From: Terrimicrobiaceae bacterium
GTDB taxonomy: Bacteria; Verrucomicrobiota; Verrucomicrobiia; Chthoniobacterales; Terrimicrobiaceae
Direction: 5' to 3'
Assembly (NCBI GenBank): GCA_041752695.1
Contig: JBGSVZ010000027.1
Location: 64,001-128,000 of the forward strand
Length of the DNA: 64,000 nucleotides
Shown here: piece after piece, positions 31,343 through 41,850 of the stretch
Layout: every line of letters starts with the position of its first letter
How positions within the stretch are numbered: the stretch's first letter is position 1
Notes under the pieces: model-generated
Seen by the model: only the letters and a program-made list of their open reading frames with translations
Told to the model about the DNA's origin: nothing
Database searches by the model: none
Made by a program: the position numbers and the translations under genes

Positions 31343-31780
31343 TTATTCGTGGATAAAAAACGCGTCCCCCGCCTCTGCACCGTCCTCCACCATCGGCACC
31401 TCGATGGCCAGCAGCGCATCCAGGGCCGCGTCAAACTCCTCTTGTTCGACCGGAAATTCGATATCGTTTTGCAGGACGGAAAACAGGCCCTCGTGAGATA
31501 CCCGCAGCTTGTCGATGTGGAGGAGCTGGTAGCGTTCGATCACCTCCACGATTCGGTAGGTCAGCAAGGAGGGGGCTTCGGCTTCTGTCACCCGCCAGAC
31601 AAAATGCTGCAGGTCCTCGCCCTCATCGCCCGAAAGGTCAACCACCTCGCTATCTGCCGCAAACCGGATCGCGCCCGTCACCGCATCCGCTTGCTCCACA
31701 TAGTCGACAATCTCCGCCGCGCCCAGCGCCCCAAGAAACGCCTCCAAAAATTGTCGTCGTGCCGAATTCATGCCCGCCAT
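31343..31780 (-). CDS. Hypothetical acidic protein
   Basis: 145-aa D/E-rich ORF with host-like codon use, convergent with fic. Confidence 0.65.
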   Translation of the reverse strand: MAGMNSARRQFLEAFLGALGAAEIVDYVEQADAVTGAIRFAADSEVVDLSGDEGEDLQHFVWRVTEAEAPSLLTYRIVEVIERYQLLHIDKLRVSHEGLFSVLQNDIEFPVEQEEFDAALDALLAIEVPMVEDGAEAGDAFFIHE

Positions 31781-32375
31781 TGAAGATCAGAAAGACCCGC
31801 TTTGGCCAATCTTGAGATTCCCGCGAGAGCGGGATTCCCTTCAGTCCCCTTTTGGCACCTTCCGCGGATGCGGCCGGTACCGCTTGAGTTCCCGCGGCAC
31901 TGCGGGCCGGGGCGGCCGGGCTTCCACCACCGGCTCCATCCTGGCAATGTCGCTTTGCCATCCGGGAATAATGGCCGCCATCTCCCGCTCAAAACGAATT
32001 TCCAAACCTGTCGGATGCTCCGGTGTCATGGCCTAAAAATTCGCCACAACCACGCGGATTTCCACATTTTTCTCCACCGGGCCCGGACATCTCTCGTGCT
32101 CGGGTGTAACGCCCAACTTTTCGCCGGGCGGACCCATCCGATTCACCCCGTCCCTTCGAATCTCCAGAGTGAAAGCAGCCCGGATCCAATCGCCCTTTTC
32201 GTGTGAAAATTTTGCCTTGCGCAAAGGGGACCGGCGTCCGCCGGCTCGGACATTTTCCCGCAACGAAATCACCTTTCCTTCGAGTCTGACGGATCGCGGA
32301 AAGCGGATTCAAGAGAGAGTCTGGGAACTCATCCGGGCCCAAGCCTGAGAGTCCAGGTCTGCGCCTCTCGTCGCT

Positions 32376-33701
32376 TCAAAACTCCAGGCCGAAATGCAGG
32401 CCAAGCACGGTGGCATTTTGCACGAGTCCCGTGCCGCCGGGACGGATGAGGTATTGGAGAAAGGGCTGTACGAATGCCCACTTGTTCAGCTGCACACGAT
32501 AATCCACCTCCGCCACCGCTTCGTAAGTCTGGTGGGTCGTGCGCTCCGCGCGGTAGTCCGCCTGGATTTTGTCGTAGCTGTAGTTGCCGAGGGCAAAGGC
32601 CACGCCGGCCTGATCCTGATCGCGCGTCGGAATGAGGCCCTTGTAAATCAGCCCGGACTGAAAATAAAATGGCATCGCGTTGTTGGTGGGCGGCGCAAAG
32701 TTGAAAAAGGAAAACCACCGCAGGCCCTGTTCATTCCTCACCGGCTTGATGGGATTTTTTCCGCCGGGAGGGGGCTCCACCGTGGGCTCGCGCCAGACCA
32801 TCTGGTCGGCCTGCCCGTAGAATCCATAACGCCCGTCGGACGCCCCGCCGGAGTAGGTCGTATTTTCAATGCCCCAATAATACCCCCCGATGGCGTATTT
32901 GCCCGGAAGTTCGTCGCGGCCTAAGCGCGGGGTCACGCCGGTTTCCGCCAAGACAAACCAGCCATTACGATCGGCGGGCCGGGCACCTTGGAGGTACAGG
33001 CCGTGATTGGCCGTGTTGGTGGCACCGGGGATGGCCAGATAGAGACCCGCCTGCGCGTAAAACCAATCCGACGGTTTGACTTTGGCATACCCTCCCCAGG
33101 CCGCATAGCTTGAGGACCACCCGACGCCGTTGGCGCTGATGCCCTTGCTGCTGATGATGGCGTTGTTCCGAAAAAACTTGGCGTCAGGTTGCTGCGCGAA
33201 GATTTCATACGGGTCCTGCCAGCCGCCGGAGAGGGTGAGAAATTTTTTCACGCCAAAAAGTTCGGGGGTGGTGTAGGTGAGATAAAACGGCATGAGGCGC
33301 CACTGTTTGCCACTTTGATACGTGGAGGGATTAAACGTGCTGGAAGCGCCGACGTAGTTGTTCACGCTGGTCCCGTCCCGGTAGCGCACGGCGGCGTTGG
33401 CGGTGAGGCCATCCAGAACCTCCCACCCGGTGAGCCGGGCAAAGTCCAGTTTGAGATCAAAATGGAGCGATTGGTCAAAAGCCCCGCGCTGTTCGAGTCC
33501 GCCCGAAACGACGCCGTAAAACGTGCCCAGCCATTTTCCTGTGAGATCGATCCCGTGGTCCTTCAATTCCGGTCGCAGGCCAAACCACTCGCCGGAGGCC
33601 CTTTCGCCCGCCCACCTGGCCCGGACGGCAGGGGCGTTTTCCTGAGAGTAGGCGAAGGGAAGGAGGGTCAGTGAGGCGGCGGCCAGAGCGGCGAGTTTCA
33701 T
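32376..33701 (-). CDS. Carbohydrate-selective porin (OprB family)
   Basis: Signal peptide, GEWFGLRPELKDHGI, RDQDQAGVA, VQPFLQYLIRPGG and terminal Phe. Confidence 0.9.
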   Translation of the reverse strand: MKLAALAAASLTLLPFAYSQENAPAVRARWAGERASGEWFGLRPELKDHGIDLTGKWLGTFYGVVSGGLEQRGAFDQSLHFDLKLDFARLTGWEVLDGLTANAAVRYRDGTSVNNYVGASSTFNPSTYQSGKQWRLMPFYLTYTTPELFGVKKFLTLSGGWQDPYEIFAQQPDAKFFRNNAIISSKGISANGVGWSSSYAAWGGYAKVKPSDWFYAQAGLYLAIPGATNTANHGLYLQGARPADRNGWFVLAETGVTPRLGRDELPGKYAIGGYYWGIENTTYSGGASDGRYGFYGQADQMVWREPTVEPPPGGKNPIKPVRNEQGLRWFSFFNFAPPTNNAMPFYFQSGLIYKGLIPTRDQDQAGVAFALGNYSYDKIQADYRAERTTHQTYEAVAEVDYRVQLNKWAFVQPFLQYLIRPGGTGLVQNATVLGLHFGLEF

Positions 33702-33845
33702 GAAAGTTTGCCCGTTATCCTATCGGCGGCAAAAATGGCCACGTCCCGGATTTTGCCAATGTTGCACCCAATTCCCCGGAAGTTTGGCCGGGAAAATTCC
33801 CCTGTAAAACCGGAAGAAGACCTGCGAATCATTGGAAAGGTTTCC

Positions 33846-34766
33846 ATGGCATCCATCGTCAAATCGCTCCGCGCGCTCTCCGATCCCACCCGGCTTCGCC
33901 TTTTGCTCCTGCTGATCGAGGAGGAACTGACGGTCGCCGAATTGCAGGAAATTCTCGGCATGGGGCAATCACGGATTTCCGCCAGCCTGGCCCTGTTGAA
34001 ACGCGAGGGACTGGCCAGCGACCGGCGGGTGGGGAAAAATATTTTCTACTCCGCGCGGCCCGAGTCCGTCTCCGTCCTCCGTCCGATCCTGGATGCCGCG
34101 CGACGCGAACTCGACGAGGCCGCCCGGGATAATGCGGGCCTTAGCCTCGCCCTGCGCAAACGCAAGGACAAGGCCGCCGAATATTTCAACAAACTCGCCG
34201 GAAAATTTGGCCGCACCTACATTCCAGGCCGTTCCTGGCAGGCCCTCGCCCACGGTCTGCTTCGCCTGCTTCCGCCCATGATCATTGCGGACCTCGGTGC
34301 GGGCGAGGGCATGCTTTCGCAGCTGCTCGCCAAGTCTGCCCGGAAAGTCATCGCCATCGACAGCTCGGAAAAGATGGTGGAGTTCGGCGCAGCGCTGGCG
34401 CGCGAACACGGCTTTAAGAATCTCGAATACCGTCTCGGCGATATCGAGAAGCCACCCATTGATGACGAGAGTGTGGACGTCGCGCTCTTCAGTCAGGCGC
34501 TGCATCACGCCGCGAGTCCGCAGCGTGCGGTCAAAGCCGCGCAGCGGATCCTGCGTGAAGGCGGACGCATCATCATCCTCGATCTGGCGAGCCATAGCTA
34601 CGAACAGGCCCGCGACCTGTATGCCCATGTCTGGATGGGATTTTCCGAAGTGGAACTTCACCAGATGCTGAAAACCGCCGGATTTTCCCGCATTGAAGTG
34701 ACCGTGGTGGCGCGCGAAAAACAGGCCCCGCATTTCCAGACCCTCCTCGCCACCGCCACCAAATAA
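33846..34766 (+). CDS. ArsR-HTH plus SAM-methyltransferase-fold regulator (SahR-like)
   Basis: ALSDPTRLRLL...GQSRISASL HTH fused to ADLGAGEG and ALHH motifs. Confidence 0.88.
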   Translation: MASIVKSLRALSDPTRLRLLLLLIEEELTVAELQEILGMGQSRISASLALLKREGLASDRRVGKNIFYSARPESVSVLRPILDAARRELDEAARDNAGLSLALRKRKDKAAEYFNKLAGKFGRTYIPGRSWQALAHGLLRLLPPMIIADLGAGEGMLSQLLAKSARKVIAIDSSEKMVEFGAALAREHGFKNLEYRLGDIEKPPIDDESVDVALFSQALHHAASPQRAVKAAQRILREGGRIIILDLASHSYEQARDLYAHVWMGFSEVELHQMLKTAGFSRIEVTVVAREKQAPHFQTLLATATK

Positions 34767-34818
34767 TTTGACGGGGCGGCCCCCCGGCCGGATGGTACGG
34801 GTGGTGACTCCCCTCCGC

Positions 34819-36165
34819 ATGTCCCTTGCGATGGCCGCGATCCCTCTCGCCGCCGCTCTGGCTGCACCCAGCCCCTTGGAGGAGCACGGCTCTTCGCCCC
34901 GCCGCCCGGTTTCCGTGACGGTCACGCAAAGCCCGAAAGGCTGGAAACTTCATCGGGCCGGACAACCCTATTTTGTGAAAGGGGCCTGCGTCTGGGGCGA
35001 GAACGCCCGCCTCGACGAACTGCGCGAGGCGGGGGCCAACTCGGTGCGAACGTACCACTCGAAATACGCCCGATGGACCCTCGACGCCGCCGCCCGTCGC
35101 GGCCTAACGGTGCTGCTGGGTTACGAAATTAATCATCCGCACGACGGATTCAGCTACCTCAGCGAAAACGATCTCACGCGCCAGCGGGAAACGTTTTTTG
35201 CCCATGTGCAAAAACACCGCGACCACCCGGCCCTTCTGGTCTGGGCGATCGGGAATGAAGTCGAGCTGGGCTTGGATAACCCTGTGGAGCTTGAAGCCAT
35301 GTGGAAAGAACTCAATTTCCTCGCCCGCCGCACCAAGGAAATCGACCCGCTTCATCCCACCGCGATCATTCTCGCCGGGGTGACGGATGAAAACCTGGCC
35401 GCTGTGGAGAAATGGTGTCCGGATGTGGACATCGTCTGCTTCAACACCTATGGCGGGCTGCGCAACCTTCCCGGCCGCCTCGACAAAGCGGGGTGGAAAC
35501 GTCCCTACCTTGTCACCGAATTCGGCGCGCAAGGCTGGTGGGAAGCCCCGTCCACCCCATGGGGGGCACCGATCGAACCGACCAGCACCGAAAAGGCGAA
35601 GGATTATCTGGCCGCCTACCAACACGGCGTGTTGGGCGACCGGCGGCGCTGTCTGGGTTCCTATGTCTTCTTCTGGGAACCGAAACAGGAGGCCACCGCC
35701 ACGTGGTTCGGCATGTTCCTCCCGGGCGGCGAACGTCTGGGAATGGTGGATGCCATGACGCGCGCCTGGAGTCGCAGACCGCCGGCCAATCGCTGTCCCG
35801 AAATCCAAACCCTTGCGTTCACCAGCCCGCAGGATCGCTTTCTCCCGGGCGAACCCATTAGGGTGAAACTCGCCGCCTCCGATCCGGAGCGACAACCGCT
35901 CGGTGTGGCCTGGCGCATTTTCGAGGAGGCTCCGGCCTTCACTCCCGCCAACGGCTACGAAACCGTTCCCCGCGGACTGAAGGATCAGTTCATCACGCCC
36001 ACCGATGATGGCGCCATCTTCCCCGCGCCCGGTCCCGGGGCCTGGCGGGTGTTTGTTTTTGTCTATGACGGCAAAGGCAACGCCGCCACGGGCAACCTGT
36101 GTTTCGCCGTCTCGAGCCCCGAACCGGCGCCGATCGAGGTGGCGCCGGGAACGCCGGCGCCTTAG
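34819..36165 (+). CDS. Glycoside hydrolase, GH2-type TIM barrel
   Basis: GANSVRTY, HPALLVWAIGNE (acid/base) and PYLVTEFG (nucleophile); start uncertain. Confidence 0.8.
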   Translation: MSLAMAAIPLAAALAAPSPLEEHGSSPRRPVSVTVTQSPKGWKLHRAGQPYFVKGACVWGENARLDELREAGANSVRTYHSKYARWTLDAAARRGLTVLLGYEINHPHDGFSYLSENDLTRQRETFFAHVQKHRDHPALLVWAIGNEVELGLDNPVELEAMWKELNFLARRTKEIDPLHPTAIILAGVTDENLAAVEKWCPDVDIVCFNTYGGLRNLPGRLDKAGWKRPYLVTEFGAQGWWEAPSTPWGAPIEPTSTEKAKDYLAAYQHGVLGDRRRCLGSYVFFWEPKQEATATWFGMFLPGGERLGMVDAMTRAWSRRPPANRCPEIQTLAFTSPQDRFLPGEPIRVKLAASDPERQPLGVAWRIFEEAPAFTPANGYETVPRGLKDQFITPTDDGAIFPAPGPGAWRVFVFVYDGKGNAATGNLCFAVSSPEPAPIEVAPGTPAP

Positions 36166-36288
36166 GCAAATTCGAAACGTCAGCGAGCTAGCTCCAAACC
36201 CATTGGCGCGCGGAGAGCGACTCCCGAGCCCAATGAACACCCCGCACGCCGCACTTGTGATGGTTGCGGTGTGAGCTACGGTGCCCAG

Positions 36289-37542
36289 ATGATCGCCCCG
36301 GCCATCCCGTCGAATGAAAAGGAACGCCTTGCCAGCCTGCGTTCGCTGGGACTGCTCGACACTCCGCCGGAGGAACGGTTTGACGCCATCACCCGGCTCG
36401 CGGCGTCCATTTTTGATGTTCCGATTTCTTATATCTCGTTGGTGGATGAGACGCGGCAGTATTTAAAATCCCGCATCGGCCTCGATTTCTGCGAGAGCGA
36501 TCGATCGACGTCCTTCTGCGGCCACGCCATTCTGGAGAACGAACCGCTCATCATCCCCGACACGCGGGAGGACGAGCGGTTTGCCACCAACCCGCAGGTC
36601 ACCGGACGACCCTTCACGCGTTTTTATGTGGGGCTGCCCTTGCGCGGTCCGGCCGGACACAATATCGCGACCCTTTGTCTGATGGACACCGAGCCTCGGG
36701 ATTTTTCCGCCGTGGAGATCACCCGGCTGAAACAGCTCGGGGTGATCGCCGAACGCGAACTGCATCTCGGCGACGTCATCCGCATGCAGGAGGATCTGCT
36801 CAAAACCAAGGATGCCCTGCTTGAAAGCCAGAAGCAGGTGGCGCAGCAAATGGACGAGGCGCTGGCTTATGTGACCTCGCTGCTCCCGGCGGATCTTAAG
36901 ACGCCGATGAAAACGAACTGGCAGTTCCTGCCGTCCTCGACCCTGGGCGGCGACAGTTTCGGGTTTCATTGGATCGATGACGACCACTTCGCCATCTACC
37001 TGCTCGATGTCTGCGGGCACGGGGTGGGTTCGGCCCTGCTTTCCGTCTCGGCCATGAACGTGCTGCGCACGCAGACCCTGCCGGCCTGCGATTTTTTCGA
37101 TCCCGCCAGCGTGCTGGTTGCGCTCAACCGCACGTTTCCGATGGAAGGAAACAACGGCATGTATTTCACTATCTGGTATGGCGTGCTTGAGGTTTCGACA
37201 GGCCGCCTGCGGTATTCCGCCGCCGGGCACCCGCCTGCCGTCCTCATCCGGGCTACCGGCGAAATGCAAACCCTGGGGGCGCCGGGGTTGCCCATTGGCT
37301 GTTATGAGGACGCGACTTTCGATGTGAACGAATCGATCTTCAGCCCGGGCGATCATCTCTACGTCTTCAGCGATGGCATTTACGAAGTCCGCATGCCCGA
37401 TGACTCGATGGGCACCTATGAGGATTTTATCCAGAATCTGAAGGATGCCCCGAGCGTCTCCGACATCGTGGCCAAAGTCCGCGCCTATCAGGCGGATTCG
37501 GCGTTTGACGACGATGTTTCCGTGCTGAAAATCGAGCGGTAA
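36289..37542 (+). CDS. GAF plus PP2C/SpoIIE phosphatase (RsbU-like)
   Basis: GAF LLDTPPEERFD...SFCGHAI; LGGD, DVCGHG, AGHPP, SDG and DDVS motifs. Confidence 0.92.
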   Translation: MIAPAIPSNEKERLASLRSLGLLDTPPEERFDAITRLAASIFDVPISYISLVDETRQYLKSRIGLDFCESDRSTSFCGHAILENEPLIIPDTREDERFATNPQVTGRPFTRFYVGLPLRGPAGHNIATLCLMDTEPRDFSAVEITRLKQLGVIAERELHLGDVIRMQEDLLKTKDALLESQKQVAQQMDEALAYVTSLLPADLKTPMKTNWQFLPSSTLGGDSFGFHWIDDDHFAIYLLDVCGHGVGSALLSVSAMNVLRTQTLPACDFFDPASVLVALNRTFPMEGNNGMYFTIWYGVLEVSTGRLRYSAAGHPPAVLIRATGEMQTLGAPGLPIGCYEDATFDVNESIFSPGDHLYVFSDGIYEVRMPDDSMGTYEDFIQNLKDAPSVSDIVAKVRAYQADSAFDDDVSVLKIER

Positions 37543-37558
37543 CCCGCCGCGCTTTCGC

Positions 37559-38152
37559 TCACGGCTCCCCCGGTTGAAAATTCAAATCGTGGAGCAGGCC
37601 GTCGGATAGCCCGTACACCCAGCCGTGAATTTCCAGGGGCTGTCCGCGCTTGCGGGCGTTGCGGACGATGCTCGTCTCCTCCACGTGCCGGGCCTGGTCG
37701 AGAACGTTGAGTTCGCAGAGGAGGTTTTCCTTTTCGAGTTGGTCGAGTCCCTCGAAGCGTTTTGGCTGGCGGCGATAAATGGCGCGCACATGGCGGAGCC
37801 AGTTGTCGATGAGACCGAGTTCAGGATTTTCTATCGCGGCCCGCACACCGCCGCAGCCGTAATGCCCGACGACCATGATGTGTTCCACTTTCAGCACATC
37901 GACGGCGTACTGGACGACCGAGAGGCAGTTAAAATCGGTGTGATTCACAAGGTTTGCCACATTGCGATGCACAAAAACTTCGCCTGGTCGCAGGCCAAGG
38001 ATCTCGTTGGCGGGGACGCGGCTGTCGGCGCAACCGATCCAAAGGTACTTAGGCGTCTGGACCTCCGCGAGCTTTTTAAAAAAATCCGGTTCTTCCGCCA
38101 CGGTTTGGGCGGCCCACTGGCGGTTGGTTTCGAAGAGATGCTGCAGTGTCAT
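37559..38152 (-). CDS. can: Beta-class carbonic anhydrase
   Basis: WIGCADSRVP, FVHRNVAN and GHYGCGGV. Confidence 0.95.
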   Translation of the reverse strand: MTLQHLFETNRQWAAQTVAEEPDFFKKLAEVQTPKYLWIGCADSRVPANEILGLRPGEVFVHRNVANLVNHTDFNCLSVVQYAVDVLKVEHIMVVGHYGCGGVRAAIENPELGLIDNWLRHVRAIYRRQPKRFEGLDQLEKENLLCELNVLDQARHVEETSIVRNARKRGQPLEIHGWVYGLSDGLLHDLNFQPGEP

Positions 38153-39324
38153 GAGATGGAGGTTTTTGTAGCAGGTTTCTTGCCGGGATGAAGGGTCATT
38201 GCTTCGCGATAGATGCCTTCGACCGCGGCGATCTGGCGCTCGGCGGAAAATTGTTCCTTCACGGAGGCGGACGCATTCTTCGACAGGGTCTCGAAGAGCG
38301 CGGGTGAGGTACCCAGTTCCTGGAGAGCTTCGGCGAGGGCGGGGGCGTCGCGTTCTGCGCAGAGCAGTCCGGTCTCTCCCTGGCGGACGACTTCAGGGAT
38401 GCCACCGTGGCGAGTGGCCACCACGGGGAGCCCGCCAGCCATGGCTTCGAGCAGGGCGTTGGGCACCCCCTCGACATCACCGTCGGCGGTTTCGCTGGGG
38501 TGAAAAAAGAGGTGAGACTCGCGGAAAAGATCCTGCAGGGCATCCTGGCCAAGAAAGCCGGCGAATCGCACGCGGTCACCCAGCCCAAGCTCGCCCGTGA
38601 GATGGCGCAGTTCCGCTTCCATCGGCCCCTCGCCGGCGATGGTGAAGGTGGAGGCGGGAAAACTTTTCGCAAATTCCGCGAAGGCCCGGAGCGCGGTGGT
38701 GAGGCCTTTTTTCCGCACCAAACGCGCCGCCTGCACGATTTTCCAGGCCCCATCCTCCGGAGCGTGTCGGGGAACAAAAGAAATGTCCGGCACGACGGTG
38801 CGCATGAGGCGGAGCTTTTCCGCAGGACATCCGAGCCGGCCCACCGCGCCTGCCAGCTGTTCCGAACGGCAGGGCACCAGGGCCGCACGGTGAAAAATCT
38901 CCCGCACGGATTCCGCATAGGCGGGCGTCGCCATCGATCCCGCCACATCGGAGCCATGAAAAGACACGACCACGGGAACCGGCGACTGACGAAGAAGAGG
39001 GAGCAGGTGGACGGCGACATTGCCGAAAAAAACGTGAAGGACATCGCAGTTTTCGCGCCGGATCACGTCCAGCGCGCGCCGCGCTTCGCTGCCGGAGATC
39101 TGCCACGGGCCGCCGGTAGATTTTTCCACCGCCCGCGCCAGAAATCGCCAGGGCGAGCGGGGGATCACTTCGAGGGCGTCCACCGTCCATTCGCCTTCGC
39201 GTTTCTGGGTCAGAACAACCGGTCGAAAAGTCTTCAGCCCGCGGACATGCCGATGGACGTGCAACATTTCCGGCTTGAGAAACGTGGCGCAGAACAACGC
39301 CGCGCCGGGGTGGTCACCACTCAA
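38149..39324 (-). CDS. GT4 glycosyltransferase
   Basis: SFHGSD, RLVRKKG and EGVPNALLEAMA..HGGIPE; TTG start inferred from overlap with the upstream gene. Confidence 0.88.
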   Translation of the reverse strand: MSGDHPGAALFCATFLKPEMLHVHRHVRGLKTFRPVVLTQKREGEWTVDALEVIPRSPWRFLARAVEKSTGGPWQISGSEARRALDVIRRENCDVLHVFFGNVAVHLLPLLRQSPVPVVVSFHGSDVAGSMATPAYAESVREIFHRAALVPCRSEQLAGAVGRLGCPAEKLRLMRTVVPDISFVPRHAPEDGAWKIVQAARLVRKKGLTTALRAFAEFAKSFPASTFTIAGEGPMEAELRHLTGELGLGDRVRFAGFLGQDALQDLFRESHLFFHPSETADGDVEGVPNALLEAMAGGLPVVATRHGGIPEVVRQGETGLLCAERDAPALAEALQELGTSPALFETLSKNASASVKEQFSAERQIAAVEGIYREAMTLHPGKKPATKTSIS

Positions 39325-39613
39325 TGCCAAAAAGGATCCAGCCCGACGATTTGTACGGGGTGCCTGCTCCGGAGTCTCTGGAGACCATTTTTTCCCCACT
39401 GCCGAAGGAGGCTGGAGCCGCGGGATTCACGAGCTGCCAGGGTTTGCGGGTGACAAAAATATCTTTCACAATGCCTTCGACCGAAGGTTTGGGTGTGATG
39501 ATCTCCTCGGTGATGATCTCCCTCTGTTCACCCTCGGGCGCGATAAAGTCCTGCGCCACCAATCCGCCTCCACCAGCAAAAACCATCGCCAGAATCAGCA
39601 GCCGTAATTTCAT
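39314..39613 (-). CDS. Small exported hypothetical protein
   Basis: Signal peptide MKLRLLILAMVFAGGGGLVA; ends WILFGIEW. Confidence 0.6.
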   Translation of the reverse strand: MKLRLLILAMVFAGGGGLVAQDFIAPEGEQREIITEEIITPKPSVEGIVKDIFVTRKPWQLVNPAAPASFGSGEKMVSRDSGAGTPYKSSGWILFGIEW

Positions 39614-39730
39614 AAGATCCTCCATACCGATTTTTTGCGTCTCTGGCAAGTGTGGGCGGCGCGGCCCTTGCCGGGAGCGCCGCGCCATTGCCTTGGTCGC
39701 CTGCTTCTGCTAAAGCGACCCCTGCCACCC

Positions 39731-40072
39731 ATGCGAATCCCGATTGACTTCCCGCTCCGGATCCCCGTATTCTCAGCGGTTGTAATTCTCGTGTCTGCCC
39801 TCCTCAACAACCCGCTTGACGCGGAGGATGGTGGCGGGAATGGGGCGAGTGTCATCGTGGCTTACACCCAGGAGGCAACCTCGCAGGACATTACGAAAAT
39901 TGAGGAAAAATACGGTCTCCAACTGCTAAAGGCTCTCGCTGCGGCGAATTCGCGCGTCTACCGCGCACTCCCCTCTCGTATCCAGGAACAAACGCTTCGT
40001 GCGCTTGGGTCGGAGAAGGCTGTTCGTTATGCCGAAGTCGATCAGGAAGTGACCACCAAAGAGGAAAAATGA
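39731..40072 (+). CDS. Stand-alone subtilase prodomain-like protein
   Basis: Hydrophobic N-terminus, then VIVAY...LRALGSEKAVRYAEVD; overlaps the S8 gene by 4 nt. Confidence 0.6.
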   Translation: MRIPIDFPLRIPVFSAVVILVSALLNNPLDAEDGGGNGASVIVAYTQEATSQDITKIEEKYGLQLLKALAAANSRVYRALPSRIQEQTLRALGSEKAVRYAEVDQEVTTKEEK

Positions 40073-41832
40073 AAATGATCGCAAAAATCCGCCGCACTTC
40101 CGCGGCTCGTCGGCCCATGGCCATCTTCACCTGCGCGGCGCTCGCCGTCTGCGCGTTCACCCTCCCCGCGGGGGCACAGGACACCGTTTTGATCGATGGG
40201 TTTGCCGCGGACCCGAATACCGTACTGGTCAAATTTGCTTCCGAAGGCGGCGAGTCCGCAATCGAGGGCAAAAGTCGCAACCCGAGGATCGCCAAAATCG
40301 CTGCCAAAATCCGTCGGGTCAAAATGTTCCGCAACCTTCGCCGCCAAGCCGTGATCGAGCTGCGCGAGGACACCACCGGCGACCGCGCCCTCCGCCTCCG
40401 CGAGCGTATCCAGGATTTGCAACAGAGCGGGCTCTTCGAATATGTGGAGCCCGATTACATCGTGACGAAAAGCGCCACTCCCACGGACGCGGCTTTCACG
40501 GATGGCCGGCTCTGGGGTCTCCGTAACACCGGCCAGAAAGGGGGAAAAACCGGCGCGGATGTGGAATCCGTCACTGCCTGGGACCAAACGACGGGCTCGT
40601 CCAACGTGATTGTCGGCATCATCGACAGCGGCGTCCGCCACACGCATCAGGATCTCGAGGGCAACATGTGGTTGAACCCCGGCGAAATTGCCAACAACGG
40701 TTTGGATGATGATGACAACGGCTACGTGGACGACATTCACGGTATCAACGCGATCACCGGCAGCGGCGATCCGATGGATGACGACGGCCACGGCAGCCAC
40801 TGCGCCGGCACGATTGGCGCGACCGCCAATGATAGCGGCGTCCATGTCGGCGTCGCTTGGAACGTCAGCCTGATGGGGCTGAAATTTCTCTCCGCCAAGG
40901 GGTCCGGCAAAAATAGCAACGCGATCGAGTGCATTGATTATGCCATCGAGATGGGCGTGGATGTCCTCAACAACAGCTGGGGCGGAGGCGGGTTCAGCCA
41001 GGCGCTTTTCGACGCCATCACCCGTTCCCGTGAGGCCGGCATCCTTTTTGTGGTCGCGGCCAGCAACGAAGGCACAAACAACGACACCAAGGTTCGCTAC
41101 CCCTCGGGTTTTGCCATTGCCAATATCATTTCCGTGGCAGCCCTCGATCGCACGGACAAACTGGCCAGCTTTTCGAACTACGGCGCCACCTCGGTGCATC
41201 TGGGGGCGCCGGGCGTGGATATTTATTCCACCACGTCTGACAGTGATTCCTCGTACGATACGTACGACGGCACCAGCATGGCGGCACCTCATGTCAGCGG
41301 GGTGGCCGCACTGGTCAAATCCAAATTCCCGTCCCTGACAGTCGCGGAGCTGAAAGCCCGCCTGGTCAACAACACCCGCCCTGTGACCGCCCTGAACGGA
41401 CGGACCATCTCCGGCGGGGCGGTCAGCGCCAAACGCGCACTGGATAATTCGACGACGCCACCCGTGGAAGGCACGATCTTCACAGCGGGCAGCCTGCCGA
41501 AAAATATTCCCGACCGGGGCACGGTGACCTCGACGCTCAATGTCAGCGGACAACCCACTTCCGTTGCCCTCAACAGCGTGGTGCTGCAGTTGAATGTCTC
41601 GCACACCTACGTGGGCGATCTGATCATTACGCTCCAGCCGCCGCGGGGCAGCGCGATCTCCCTCTGGAATCGTGCGGGCAAAGGTGCAAACAATGTGATC
41701 CTGAATCAGTCCCTCACTTCGACCAGCCGGATCAACCCCAACGGAACCTGGACGCTCACCGTGCAGGACCGGGCGGCGGACGATACCGGTGTGCTGAACA
41801 GTTGGAGCCTGGAGTTTCCGGCGGCTCCGTAA
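40069..41832 (+). CDS. S8 subtilase with a C-terminal P (proprotein-convertase) domain
   Basis: Catalytic triad IDSG, HGSHCAG and GTSMAAPHV; P-domain SHTYVGDL...NGTWTLTVQD. Confidence 0.93.
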   Translation: MKMIAKIRRTSAARRPMAIFTCAALAVCAFTLPAGAQDTVLIDGFAADPNTVLVKFASEGGESAIEGKSRNPRIAKIAAKIRRVKMFRNLRRQAVIELREDTTGDRALRLRERIQDLQQSGLFEYVEPDYIVTKSATPTDAAFTDGRLWGLRNTGQKGGKTGADVESVTAWDQTTGSSNVIVGIIDSGVRHTHQDLEGNMWLNPGEIANNGLDDDDNGYVDDIHGINAITGSGDPMDDDGHGSHCAGTIGATANDSGVHVGVAWNVSLMGLKFLSAKGSGKNSNAIECIDYAIEMGVDVLNNSWGGGGFSQALFDAITRSREAGILFVVAASNEGTNNDTKVRYPSGFAIANIISVAALDRTDKLASFSNYGATSVHLGAPGVDIYSTTSDSDSSYDTYDGTSMAAPHVSGVAALVKSKFPSLTVAELKARLVNNTRPVTALNGRTISGGAVSAKRALDNSTTPPVEGTIFTAGSLPKNIPDRGTVTSTLNVSGQPTSVALNSVVLQLNVSHTYVGDLIITLQPPRGSAISLWNRAGKGANNVILNQSLTSTSRINPNGTWTLTVQDRAADDTGVLNSWSLEFPAAP

Positions 41833-41850
41833 GAGCGCCTCTGAAAATCC

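Noticed and set aside
30064..31780. Fic plus the acidic ORF as a toxin-antitoxin pair
   Set aside because: The genes are convergent and the Fic protein carries its own inhibitory motif (class II).
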